DNA of 63,658 nucleotides from a virus (Duplodnaviria; Heunggongvirae; Uroviricota; Caudoviricetes): IMG/VR virus record IMGVR_UViG_3300031088_000776; one strand, 5' to 3'. Shown piece by piece: positions 18,533 to 27,411 of this stretch (position 1 is its first letter; each line of letters starts with the position of its first letter). The notes under the pieces were generated by a model. It saw only the letters and a program-made list of their open reading frames with translations, ran no database searches and was not told where the DNA came from. The position numbers and the translations under genes were made by a program.

Positions 18533-19333
18533 ATGTTTAAAAATGTTGCTACGGTTGCTCTAGCCGTATCGCTTATCGCTATACCTGGAGTCAACGCTTT
18601 AGCTTCAAATAATTCAGATGAAGCAATAGAAGTAAGATCCGAATCAGTAAAATTCGAGACTCGTGTCGTAGAGGACAAGAATCTTCCTAAAGGAGTTGAA
18701 ATAACAACTCAAGAGGGTAAAGATGGTGAGAAGACTTTCTTTAAGTCTTTTAAAAATCTTCCATCAGCAACTGGTGCTATGACTTCAGTCCCTGTTTACT
18801 ACGATGAGTTGACTGAACTTCCAGTCGAGAAGGTCGTTCGCAAAGGAACTAAGACTTTAGTTATTGACGGAACTTCTGAAAAGACTATACAACTAGAGAC
18901 TGAAAAGCGTGAGAAGAAGGAAAAAGAGGAATGCGAAAAACTTGAGAAGCAGGAGCGCGAGAAGCAAGAAAAACTTATTTCAGAGAGAATTGCGTCTGCT
19001 GCTTTAGGGCAAGGCTCTAATGTTCAGCTCGAATATACTGGTGGGGGAACTAAAGAAGATTGGATGAAAGAAGCGGGTATAGATGAGTCTGATTGGAAAT
19101 ATGTTGACTATATTGTAAATAAAGAGTCAGGATGGAATCCTAATGCAGTGAATTCTAGTTCGGGCGCTACTGGTTTATGCCAAGCCTTACCTGGAAATAA
19201 AATGGCTTCTGCGGGAGATGATTGGATGTCTAATCCTGTAACCCAGTTAAAGTGGTGTGATTCTTACGCAAAACAACGTTATTCAGGGTGGGAAAATTCA
19301 TATAACGCATGGATTTCTAAAAATTGGTGGTAG
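18533..19333 (+). CDS. Secreted G5 + lytic transglycosylase (SLT-like)
   Basis: Signal peptide, G5 (DKNLPKGVEITTQEGKDGE), IVNKESGWNPNAVNSSSGATGLCQALP and NPVTQLKW. Confidence 0.9.
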   Translation: MFKNVATVALAVSLIAIPGVNALASNNSDEAIEVRSESVKFETRVVEDKNLPKGVEITTQEGKDGEKTFFKSFKNLPSATGAMTSVPVYYDELTELPVEKVVRKGTKTLVIDGTSEKTIQLETEKREKKEKEECEKLEKQEREKQEKLISERIASAALGQGSNVQLEYTGGGTKEDWMKEAGIDESDWKYVDYIVNKESGWNPNAVNSSSGATGLCQALPGNKMASAGDDWMSNPVTQLKWCDSYAKQRYSGWENSYNAWISKNWW

Positions 19334-19418
19334 TATAAAATACTGTTATTTTAATAAGATTTACAGCAATTCGATATTCTAACATAACAATCAAACGTCA
19401 TTTGAGAGAGGTATTGCC

Positions 19419-19766
19419 TTGTACTTTACAATTAGAAGTATTAGATTAGATGATCCTGAGTTTAGTAAGACTATAGTAACTTTTACTGATGAACATATTG
19501 TTGAATCAGGCCTATCAAGTGGAGAATTGAGACAGGCAATACTCGATAGACTTAAAATTGAGCTAGACTTAGGAGAATACTCTAATGTCAACAATGCTCT
19601 TAAAGAATTTGGCTTCATAGTAAGCGAAGATTTCTTTAATGATGAATCCAATCGAGAAGTCGTTATCTCAGATATTGATAACGTGTTATATGAAACCGAC
19701 GATGAAGAATTCAACGGAGCAGTTTGGATGCTCCATAATGAAATTATAGAAATTTCAGGAGAGTGA
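19419..19766 (+). CDS. Hypothetical acidic protein
   Basis: 115 aa ORF in a plus-strand operon, GAGG SD. Confidence 0.6.
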   Translation: MYFTIRSIRLDDPEFSKTIVTFTDEHIVESGLSSGELRQAILDRLKIELDLGEYSNVNNALKEFGFIVSEDFFNDESNREVVISDIDNVLYETDDEEFNGAVWMLHNEIIEISGE

Positions 19767-19773
19767 AATAATT

Positions 19774-19962
19774 ATGGAAGAATTTGATGATACAGAATAC
19801 AAGACTTCTCCAGCGCGCAAGATTGTCGTTGTCATATTATGTCTAGCTATTGCTGTAGCCTTAATTATTCCATTCTTCGTCTCCCTCGGGATGGACCCAC
19901 AAATTATAGCCCCCGGCCCGAACTTAATAAACAATGACGTAACTCAAATTGACGTGAGTTAG
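19774..19962 (+). CDS. Small single-TM protein
   Basis: One hydrophobic helix; GGAG SD. Confidence 0.65.
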   Translation: MEEFDDTEYKTSPARKIVVVILCLAIAVALIIPFFVSLGMDPQIIAPGPNLINNDVTQIDVS

Positions 19963-19977
19963 AATAGCAGGAGAACA

Positions 19978-21783
19978 ATGGTAGACTACATACTTGATCT
20001 ACCTTGGGGTTTTAAGCATCACGAAGTAAAATATGATAAACTTCGTAAAGTTTCAATATACACTGGAAGTAAGCTACCCCAAGAATTAGCCCCATACGCA
20101 TCTGAAGACTTCTCTTACTTAAGATGGATCCAAGATGAAATAAACACTAAAAAATTAAAGAAACCTTATAGAACTCCAACAAAAAAGAGTGAGACAAAGT
20201 TCACTTTAAAAGAGCATCAGGCTGAAGCTGCTAAGAAGATTCTAAAATCTTACAACAATTCTTGGCCAAGTTTTATATGTGCTGACTTAACAGGTGTTGG
20301 TAAAACGCTCTCGACTTTAGGTGGAGTTTCAGTTGTTGCTAGAGCTGCAGGCTTTAACCCCACAAAGAAAGCAAATTTACTTGTAGTCTGCCCAAAAGGA
20401 GTTATTCCTCAATGGCGCCACACTCTACATAATTTCCCAGCGTCAACAAGTCTTATGAACGTAATGATTATTAGCTATCATTCACTTGGTAAACTACTTA
20501 ATCCACCGAAAGAGACCCCTGTTAAAGGTGCGAAAAAGACTAAAAGAAAGCCTTCAGCAAGGGTTCAGAAAAGACGTAAGGCTATCAATGGTGCTCCTAA
20601 ATATGATTGGGACTATATTATTTTCGATGAGTCTCACCATTTAAAGAACTATCCAGACTCCCTAATGTCTCTAGAGGCTGTAAACATTGCTAAAATCAAT
20701 AAGCCATATATTAAAGGCAAGTCACCTTTCGTAATCTTTTCTACAGCAACTCCAGGTAGTTCGCCAATGAATTTCTCAGTAATGGCGAACTCAGTTTCAA
20801 GGATGCTAGACCCAAAACTTAGTAAGCAGATAGCACCATCAGCTTGGGGTACATTCCTAGACGAAAAAGGATTCTCAGTAAAAAAGAGCGATAAGAAAAA
20901 GTCTTCACCATACCGATGGATTTCTTTGCCGGCGGCACCTAAGCCTAATGCCTCAGCTGCTGAAAAGAAAAAATATGAGATAGAGTTAAAGAGAGTAAAA
21001 CAAGTACAAAAGAAAGATGCTATAAAAATTGGTAAGGCTCTCATCTCCCCGGATTCGCCTTTCATTAGAAGATCACCTTCCGATCTAGCCGGCTGGCCTG
21101 AGCAACAATACATTTCTATGCCAGTTGAAATGACTAAAGAGCAAATTCCAGTCTATCGTGAAGTTTGGTCAAGATTTAGGAAATGGCTAAATTTGTCTTC
21201 GGCTAGCAAAGACCCTAAAGGTGCATTAGTCGAGATGCTAAGGTATCGACAAAAATCTTCTTTACTTAAAGTAGACTCTATGATAGAGAATGTAGTTGAT
21301 TTTGTAGATTCTGGGAATCAAGTTTATATTTCATGTCAGTTCATAGAGACGATTGACAGATATAAAGAGAAGCTTGAGTCTAAAGGTTTGAAGGTAGTAG
21401 AGATATCTGGTCGAACCAGTGAAATTCGAGAAGCTGAAAGAATTAAATTCCAAAAAGGTAATGCTGACATAGCCTTATGTACTGTAGTTGCAGGTATTTC
21501 TCTACACGCTGAAGAAACTCTCCCGGATGGCAGTAAAGCTTCAAAAAACCCTAGGGTCACGGTACTCCATGATCTGAGACTTGACCCGAATGATAGCATT
21601 CAAGCATTGGGTAGATGCCACAGAGACGGGATAAACTCGCTCACTTACTTCCCATATCTAGAAGGAACTGTTGAGGAGAATGTAGTTGCAAGATTTGTTA
21701 ATAAGTCAAGTAACATGCAGTTAATGACTGGTTCCGAATCTGAAGCAGTTGCTGCTTGGGAGGACGTTTTCCGCAAAGGATAA
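19978..21783 (+). CDS. SNF2/SF2-family helicase
   Basis: DLTGVGKT, IFDESHH, FSTATP and QALGRCHRDG motifs. Confidence 0.88.
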   Translation: MVDYILDLPWGFKHHEVKYDKLRKVSIYTGSKLPQELAPYASEDFSYLRWIQDEINTKKLKKPYRTPTKKSETKFTLKEHQAEAAKKILKSYNNSWPSFICADLTGVGKTLSTLGGVSVVARAAGFNPTKKANLLVVCPKGVIPQWRHTLHNFPASTSLMNVMIISYHSLGKLLNPPKETPVKGAKKTKRKPSARVQKRRKAINGAPKYDWDYIIFDESHHLKNYPDSLMSLEAVNIAKINKPYIKGKSPFVIFSTATPGSSPMNFSVMANSVSRMLDPKLSKQIAPSAWGTFLDEKGFSVKKSDKKKSSPYRWISLPAAPKPNASAAEKKKYEIELKRVKQVQKKDAIKIGKALISPDSPFIRRSPSDLAGWPEQQYISMPVEMTKEQIPVYREVWSRFRKWLNLSSASKDPKGALVEMLRYRQKSSLLKVDSMIENVVDFVDSGNQVYISCQFIETIDRYKEKLESKGLKVVEISGRTSEIREAERIKFQKGNADIALCTVVAGISLHAEETLPDGSKASKNPRVTVLHDLRLDPNDSIQALGRCHRDGINSLTYFPYLEGTVEENVVARFVNKSSNMQLMTGSESEAVAAWEDVFRKG

Positions 21784-21820
21784 AGCTTACTGACCGCAAA
21801 AGCAAAATATTTAAATACTA

Positions 21821-21860
21821 AGTAGGGCATCAACAAATTGCAAAAAGTTGATGCCCTACT
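21821..21860. terminator. Bidirectional terminator hairpin
   Basis: AGTAGGGCATCAAC...GTTGATGCCCTACT between convergent genes. Confidence 0.75.
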
Positions 21861-21882
21861 ACTTTAAGAGAAATTTCAGATT

Positions 21883-22317
21883 TTACAGACGTTTAATGTC
21901 ACCGCTAATGGTAGACACGTTACCTGAAACTGAACCTGAAATTTCAACATCACCGCTTGTACTCGAAACATTACCATCGACGCTTCCGCGAATTGAAATG
22001 TCTCCGCTAACAGTAGATACATTACCAGCATTTCCAGAAACTTCTACGGAATTGCCCTCTACCTTATCAACATCACCATTAATAACAATGTTAAGAATTT
22101 TAGCAGACATTGCTTCGTCTCCAGTGTCAAAACGTTTCCCGTTCACATAGATATCTTCACCGATAATCGAGATATTACCATTAGGGACATTGTAGCTCTT
22201 ACCATTAATCTGAACATTATTGCTACCGCGACTTCTAAAATTAATTCCCAAAATAATTGCTCCTAATAAGATGTGTTCGTTTAATTTAATTAAACTACAT
22301 CTCAGCTTACCTTTCAA
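21883..22317 (-). CDS. Small beta-repeat protein (DUF4097/adhesin-like repeats); likely start TTG at 22251
   Basis: Repeats NVSTVSGDI, NVSSTSGDV and NVSTISGDI; AGGAG SD before the TTG at 22251. Confidence 0.65.
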   Translation of the reverse strand: MKGKLRCSLIKLNEHILLGAIILGINFRSRGSNNVQINGKSYNVPNGNISIIGEDIYVNGKRFDTGDEAMSAKILNIVINGDVDKVEGNSVEVSGNAGNVSTVSGDISIRGSVDGNVSSTSGDVEISGSVSGNVSTISGDIKRL

Positions 22318-22375
22318 ATTGAGACTTTAAAAAAGCCTCAAAATAGTAGAAATAAATCTAAAGTAGGTTAAAGCC

Positions 22376-22531
22376 AGAACTGTGAGACTGCAGCCTAAGA
22401 CAGCAAAAACCTTCTTAGGGTATAGTCATACAGTAAACAGTATTTTGCTGTAAAACTGCGTCTAAACGCAAAAAGACCACCTAGTTTGCCGTGATAGTCT
22501 CGGGTCTAACTAGGTGGTCTTAGTAGCGCTG
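22376..22531 (+). repeat. Dispersed hairpin repeat, copy 2
   Basis: Arms AAGACCACCTAGTT (22473-22486) and AACTAGGTGGTCTT (22508-22521); loop TGCCGTGATAGTCTCGGGTCT. Confidence 0.9.
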
Positions 22532-22556
22532 TTTTTACTCGATCTAGAAAATCATT

Positions 22557-23189
22557 TTATTTCATTCTCATTACTGGTAATTCAGCATCTTCGTAAAAGT
22601 TTACTAATTGTTCTGTAGTGACTACTCGACCTACAATTAAAGGCCAACGTTTCTGCATCTTTCGCCCCATCATTGAGAGTATTTGTTGAGCGAAAAGTTT
22701 AGCGTCATATGTTCGATTATCACTTTTGATTACTTCGCCAGTATGAATGTCGCTCATTTCAGAACTGTTTTCAGCAATATGGCCAAGCGATTCTGCTATT
22801 CGGACAATCATATTAACAACTTCAGAGTCTTTACGGCTACCGATTAATTCAATCATGTCAGCGACTGATGTTTCAATTTCATCATCGCTTTCAGCAGTTT
22901 CTACTAATAGTTTTACTGCTTCTTCATTTAGTTCTTTTACTATCTTTCTTCCAGATATTCGTCTCTGTCTGTGGAGAGAATAGTCATTCGATGTTTCGAT
23001 ATACCAAAGATGATTTCCTGAAGCTTTAATAGTCTTACCGTCATCAGACTCAATTTCATACATTGTTTCTGGGATATGTGTATCGTACCCTTTTTTGACT
23101 ACTAAAGGCTCTCCATTAGCTCCACGGATGATATCTCCGTCTTGCAGATCGCCAAATTTTATTAAAGGCATTATTCTCCTAAGTCCCAT
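22557..23189 (-). CDS. Stand-alone Hint/intein-like protein (partial block A + block B; no F/G)
   Basis: IKFGDLQDGDIIRGANGEPLVV...YEIESDDGKTIKASGNHLWY...VVTTEQL; no N-terminal Cys/Ser block-A start and no terminal HN. Confidence 0.7.
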   Translation of the reverse strand: MGLRRIMPLIKFGDLQDGDIIRGANGEPLVVKKGYDTHIPETMYEIESDDGKTIKASGNHLWYIETSNDYSLHRQRRISGRKIVKELNEEAVKLLVETAESDDEIETSVADMIELIGSRKDSEVVNMIVRIAESLGHIAENSSEMSDIHTGEVIKSDNRTYDAKLFAQQILSMMGRKMQKRWPLIVGRVVTTEQLVNFYEDAELPVMRMK

Positions 23190-24027
23190 CTTTTAATGTT
23201 GCAAGATATTTAGAGTACTCATAATCTTCAGTCTCTAATCTCTTTTGTTTTGATAACCACCACTCTGAAGGTGTAAATTTGAGTGGGTGAATAGGTAGTA
23301 TATTACTGTTGTTACTGTTGTAACATGTACCAATCACTTTCTGGTTAATACTTCTAAAACCTGATTCAAGTTTAGCGAACAATCTTTCAGAAATATTAAT
23401 ATTATTTGTACCAAGAAAAGTAATCCACTCTAAACTCTTAACTAGTTCAGGTGAAAATCCAAGTATCTTCTCTGAAATAATCATTGGGTAAATTCTAAAT
23501 TTGTAACCATGAGTTAGTATTGCAATTAACTTATCAGACAGTGGTTCATTCTTCTTTAGTTCTTTTAATTGTTCTTTGCTAATTTCAATCAGGATTAAAT
23601 CAAGTTTTTTGTTTACTGGTTCTGATAAACTCCCCTCGCGCATTTTAACCTTAATCATCTCAAAATGCTCAAATAAGGAGTTTATGAATTCTTCAAGACT
23701 GTCTTTGAAAGGGTGATAATAGAAGCCAGTGAGACTTGTTTCATAGACCTCTAACTTTTCTTTCCATTTTCCAGTAAAATCATAAAAATGTATTGCTGAA
23801 GACTGAAAAGTTTTCTTGTTTTGATTTGATAGATTCTCAACAAGAGTTATAACCTCAGTCTCGTCCTCACCATAGAAAACTGCTCCGTTTGAAAGAAAGA
23901 GAGGAGACCATACTATTTTTTGGCCATATGATCTGTAGAGCTTATAGAAGACCTCGTTTTTTCGCACTCTCTGACCACCAGCAATACTACCATTTAACTG
24001 TAGTTTATCCCATGGTTCATACTTCAA
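23179..24027 (-). CDS. Degenerate FtsK/HerA-like ATPase-fold protein
   Basis: GQKIVWSP..GAVFYGEDET (no GKT), LDLILIEIS and LTHGYKFRIYPMII parallel the FtsK motif order. Confidence 0.45.
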   Translation of the reverse strand: MKYEPWDKLQLNGSIAGGQRVRKNEVFYKLYRSYGQKIVWSPLFLSNGAVFYGEDETEVITLVENLSNQNKKTFQSSAIHFYDFTGKWKEKLEVYETSLTGFYYHPFKDSLEEFINSLFEHFEMIKVKMREGSLSEPVNKKLDLILIEISKEQLKELKKNEPLSDKLIAILTHGYKFRIYPMIISEKILGFSPELVKSLEWITFLGTNNINISERLFAKLESGFRSINQKVIGTCYNSNNSNILPIHPLKFTPSEWWLSKQKRLETEDYEYSKYLATLKDGT

Positions 24028-24054
24028 TTAAGTCATTCCTATCTTTCTAAGTCT

Positions 24055-24092
24055 TTCGCAGCGTACCAAAGAAAATATCGGTACGCTGCGAA
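24055..24092 (-). terminator. Terminator-like hairpin
   Basis: TTCGCAGCGTACC...GGTACGCTGCGAA. Confidence 0.65.
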
Positions 24093-24122
24093 TTAAATAA
24101 ATAGTTCTATTTAAACTAAAGG

Positions 24123-24386
24123 TTAGACGTTAAGATTATAGACAACGGCTTTAGCTAAGTCTTCACTAAAGTTTTCATCAGTATAAGAGCCCTCGAAATC
24201 CAAGGTTCCGTTAACGAACACCTGAACACCTACAGCCTCATTATTTTCGATTACTGAATCAAATTGAAGTGTTGATTCTCCATCAAGAGACCTAATAGTC
24301 AAATTATCGACTTTTTCGGCGTACCCTAAAGTTTCGGTATAGTCTTCAACTAATGCTTCTACAAAATCAGTTCTTTTCTTACTCAT
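24123..24386 (-). CDS. Small acidic hypothetical protein
   Basis: 87 aa; AAGGA SD. Confidence 0.65.
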   Translation of the reverse strand: MSKKRTDFVEALVEDYTETLGYAEKVDNLTIRSLDGESTLQFDSVIENNEAVGVQVFVNGTLDFEGSYTDENFSEDLAKAVVYNLNV

Positions 24387-24408
24387 AGTATATATCCTTT
24401 GTCTTAAA

Positions 24409-25617
24409 TTATGCTTTAGCTTCTGTAACTCTCAATGTAGCTATCTTTGACTTGAATATTTTACCAAATTCTTTTTCAGATAGAATTGATCTTGCTTTAG
24501 CTTCATCCACAGTCGGAGTCTTAACAGTAATAGAAGCAATCTCTTCCGGCGTTAATATTTCTTTTGCCTTTGTTGCTGAGAGATTCATTCGGCCTGAAAC
24601 AACAGCGCCATTAAACTGAGACCTTGCTGGAATGAAGGTGTTTGACTTGCTATTTGCTGTAACCGCCTTTATCGCCTCTTTTCCTTCTTTAATATAAGTG
24701 TTATTCTCTTTAAGTCGGCCTTTTTCTGAAATCGCTTTATCGTAGAATTCTGAAATATTCTTTACTGCAGACTCTAGCTTCTCGTTTGTAGTATTACCAT
24801 CAAATTTAGTTGAGACTTTAAGTTCGTCTTTCCCAATGTCACGAGGCTTACCGTGAATCACATCAAGCACCTGTGTTTGAGAAGTAATCTGTCGGAATTT
24901 CTCAGGAGAGATTTTTTCGCGCGCTAAATCAATATTCAAAGAATCTTTATCGCTCATGCACTGATCACGAAGTTTTTTAGGAAGGCTGTTAAACTTTTCT
25001 TCATTAAGACCTTCTTTAACAGTTAAAGTATATGTTCCTTTATCAGTCTTGATTGAGAATTTATCGGCTGTCTCATCAGTTGAATTTTGAAGTAACTCAG
25101 TTGCTGCTTCAAGAACCCGAGTTCGTTCATTATCAACATGTTTAATAAACTGATCTTTCTCAAGTATAGCATCAGTATTAACTCTCTTGCCGTCGGCAGT
25201 CTTAAAAGCTCCTGAAGGGAGAACTTTCGCTGTTGAAAGTTTTGCTACAAGATGTTCATTATATCGTGACTGAGCATATTCAATTGCTTCATTAAGTCTT
25301 CTTTTAGCTCTTTCAGGGTTAGCGTCATCAAATGTGATTCCGTCAAGCGAAGAAGCTCTTGACTCAACAAGATTTTTAGCTATTTTAGCGTTCTGCTCAC
25401 GAAGTTCTTTCTCTACCTTATTAAGCCTTTGTTTTTTAGCCTGTAGAGTCGGTACTTCACTGTAAGCTTTTTTGAGTCTATTTTCATATTCTTCGCGCGC
25501 TTCTGCAATTGTATTAAAATGATTAGTTTCTTCGCTGCCATCAGGCTCAAAAGGGCAGTTCTCAGATGATTGTGCTTTGCAGCGTGATGGACCTTCTGGG
25601 CCGATGTGTGATCTCAT
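24409..25617 (-). CDS. His/Cys-leader protein, C-terminal domain unknown
   Basis: N-terminus SHIGPEGPSRCKAQSSENCPF...NHFNTIAEA. Confidence 0.7.
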   Translation of the reverse strand: MRSHIGPEGPSRCKAQSSENCPFEPDGSEETNHFNTIAEAREEYENRLKKAYSEVPTLQAKKQRLNKVEKELREQNAKIAKNLVESRASSLDGITFDDANPERAKRRLNEAIEYAQSRYNEHLVAKLSTAKVLPSGAFKTADGKRVNTDAILEKDQFIKHVDNERTRVLEAATELLQNSTDETADKFSIKTDKGTYTLTVKEGLNEEKFNSLPKKLRDQCMSDKDSLNIDLAREKISPEKFRQITSQTQVLDVIHGKPRDIGKDELKVSTKFDGNTTNEKLESAVKNISEFYDKAISEKGRLKENNTYIKEGKEAIKAVTANSKSNTFIPARSQFNGAVVSGRMNLSATKAKEILTPEEIASITVKTPTVDEAKARSILSEKEFGKIFKSKIATLRVTEAKA

Positions 25618-25725
25618 TTTATTACTCCATTTTTATCGTAGATAATATTGATTCATTCTCTAAACTACTTCGCTTAAGATAAAAAGCTTTAGAGGCTTAT
25701 ATTCGAATTAACTTCTTATAAAAAT

Positions 25726-26826
25726 TTAATGATGCTGAAGCTCAAATACGGCTATTTTTATTCTGTTATTGACTTCTTTTGTAAGTATGCCTTTCTGTTC
25801 AGGTGTTATTGCCTTAGGTTTTTCAACTGCCACAAAATCCGAAATTTCTTTAACAGCATTATTTATTTTTGTGGTTTCTTCTTTAGAGTACTCCGAGTAA
25901 AGTGCGAACTCGCGAAATGCTTGAATCCTTCCTAAAGCTTTTTCTTTGTTTTCCGGCTTAATAAGCTTTGTTTTTGTTATCCACTCATTCAAGTCTTGGT
26001 TTGATCTTTCAGTGTTGCATCTTTTACAGGCTAGAGCCATATTCCCATATCTTGTGCTGCCTGGAGAACTATCCTTATTTTCAGGGTTAATAGGAGTTAT
26101 ATGCTCACCTGAAGCCTGTCGTCCTGGTGGTGGATTTTTTCTCAAAGGTTTATTGCAGTAACAGCATCTACCGCCAAAGAAAAGTACTGACGCAATATAT
26201 CTCTCTTTAGTCATGTCATTATTATAGGCCGAAAGCAAGCATCTTTTAACACTATTTCTATTTCTTGCATCCCAGAATTTAACCGCCGTCATTGCCCCAC
26301 CTTGCTGAACAATAATCTCCGAAAATTCCTTAAGATTTACTCCTTTACCCAGAAATTCACGAAGTTTGGTTGCTGTAGGGTCATCGCTTTTAAGATATTC
26401 TTCCATGCTTTCTTCAGGTTTTCCCTCAAAAGCCTTAAGCCTCTCTTCATCAGTCATGAGCCGATCATATTTACTATAGAATTCTTTAATGATCTTCCAG
26501 TCACGCTTCTTTATCTTTTCAGCAACATTTACAGCACCGCTCTCTATCTCTTTCTTAGTGAGAATCCGGGCTCGAGGGTGTGTTTGTATCATATTAGGCG
26601 TAACTTTAGTGGGATAATCATTTGTTGAATCAGTAACTACAGAACCGTGTATCTTCGAAAGAACTTCTTCATTATATCTATCTACTACGCCTAAGTCTAC
26701 ATGCTCTTTAGACATCTCAATATGCTTTTCATGAGGACAATTACCACGGCCTTGATTCTCTGGTTTTGCCTTGCAGGGGCCTAAAGTCCCGTCTTTTCCT
26801 ACTCCAAAAGTCATGTTAACGCTCAT
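25726..26826 (-). CDS. Cys/His-leader HNH endonuclease
   Basis: N-terminus GTLGPCKAK...GNCPHEKH; C-terminus GGRCCYC...EHITP...GNMALACKRCNTER. Confidence 0.8.
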   Translation of the reverse strand: MSVNMTFGVGKDGTLGPCKAKPENQGRGNCPHEKHIEMSKEHVDLGVVDRYNEEVLSKIHGSVVTDSTNDYPTKVTPNMIQTHPRARILTKKEIESGAVNVAEKIKKRDWKIIKEFYSKYDRLMTDEERLKAFEGKPEESMEEYLKSDDPTATKLREFLGKGVNLKEFSEIIVQQGGAMTAVKFWDARNRNSVKRCLLSAYNNDMTKERYIASVLFFGGRCCYCNKPLRKNPPPGRQASGEHITPINPENKDSSPGSTRYGNMALACKRCNTERSNQDLNEWITKTKLIKPENKEKALGRIQAFREFALYSEYSKEETTKINNAVKEISDFVAVEKPKAITPEQKGILTKEVNNRIKIAVFELQHH

Positions 26827-26904
26827 TTTACCCTCCGAATAAGTTTAGTGCTTTTTCTAAACTAAGGGTATGAATTTTAAAGAAAAGGCTACAGAGAATA
26901 CTAA

Positions 26905-26943
26905 AATTGGCGGTTCGAACTTTAATAATCCGAACCGCCAATT
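26905..26943 (-). terminator. Terminator-like hairpin
   Basis: AATTGGCGGTTCG...CGAACCGCCAATT. Confidence 0.65.
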
Positions 26944-26954
26944 AATCCTTTTAT

Positions 26955-27293
26955 TTACTTGATGTTTAGCTCATACCATTTATTATAACCAGCTTGGACG
27001 TCTTCTAGAAATTCATCATAGACTTCGTCAGTCCAACCGTCTTCATATTTCGGCCAAGGCTTGCTAATTAAAAACTGAGAAGTAAGCCTCATCAATTTAT
27101 CTCGCACAGCTAAATCATGGGCTGTATTTTCTTCGATTTCCTGAAGAAGCTTTGTTTCATTTTTCAATAATTCTTCAACAAATTCATCACAAGGGTCCTC
27201 ATTAAGAACGAACTTACCTAGAACCTCAATGATCTCATCTAATAGATCATCAGTTAGCGCAATAGACATTACATCACTTTCAATAGTATTCAT
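26955..27293 (-). CDS. Acidic hypothetical protein
   Basis: 112 aa ORF, codirectional with neighbours. Confidence 0.6.
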   Translation of the reverse strand: MNTIESDVMSIALTDDLLDEIIEVLGKFVLNEDPCDEFVEELLKNETKLLQEIEENTAHDLAVRDKLMRLTSQFLISKPWPKYEDGWTDEVYDEFLEDVQAGYNKWYELNIK

Positions 27294-27411
27294 AGTACTA
27301 TGATTATATCAAAACTTTCTAAAAGTAAATAATATTCTCAAAACATTTCAAATGCTGTTACTATAGACGCTAAAAGAGCACTCATAAAACGCATTTTACT
27401 ATTTTTATTTT

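Noticed and set aside
21883-22317. Beta-repeat protein as a phage tail component
   Set aside because: The repeats are generic and no structural phage genes lie nearby.
23179-24027. As the missing C-half of the split FtsK
   Set aside because: No HN-S/T/C junction, and it carries its own degenerate P-loop region.
26905-26943. GGTTCGAA as a tRNA T-loop
   Set aside because: It is part of a simple terminator hairpin; no cloverleaf.
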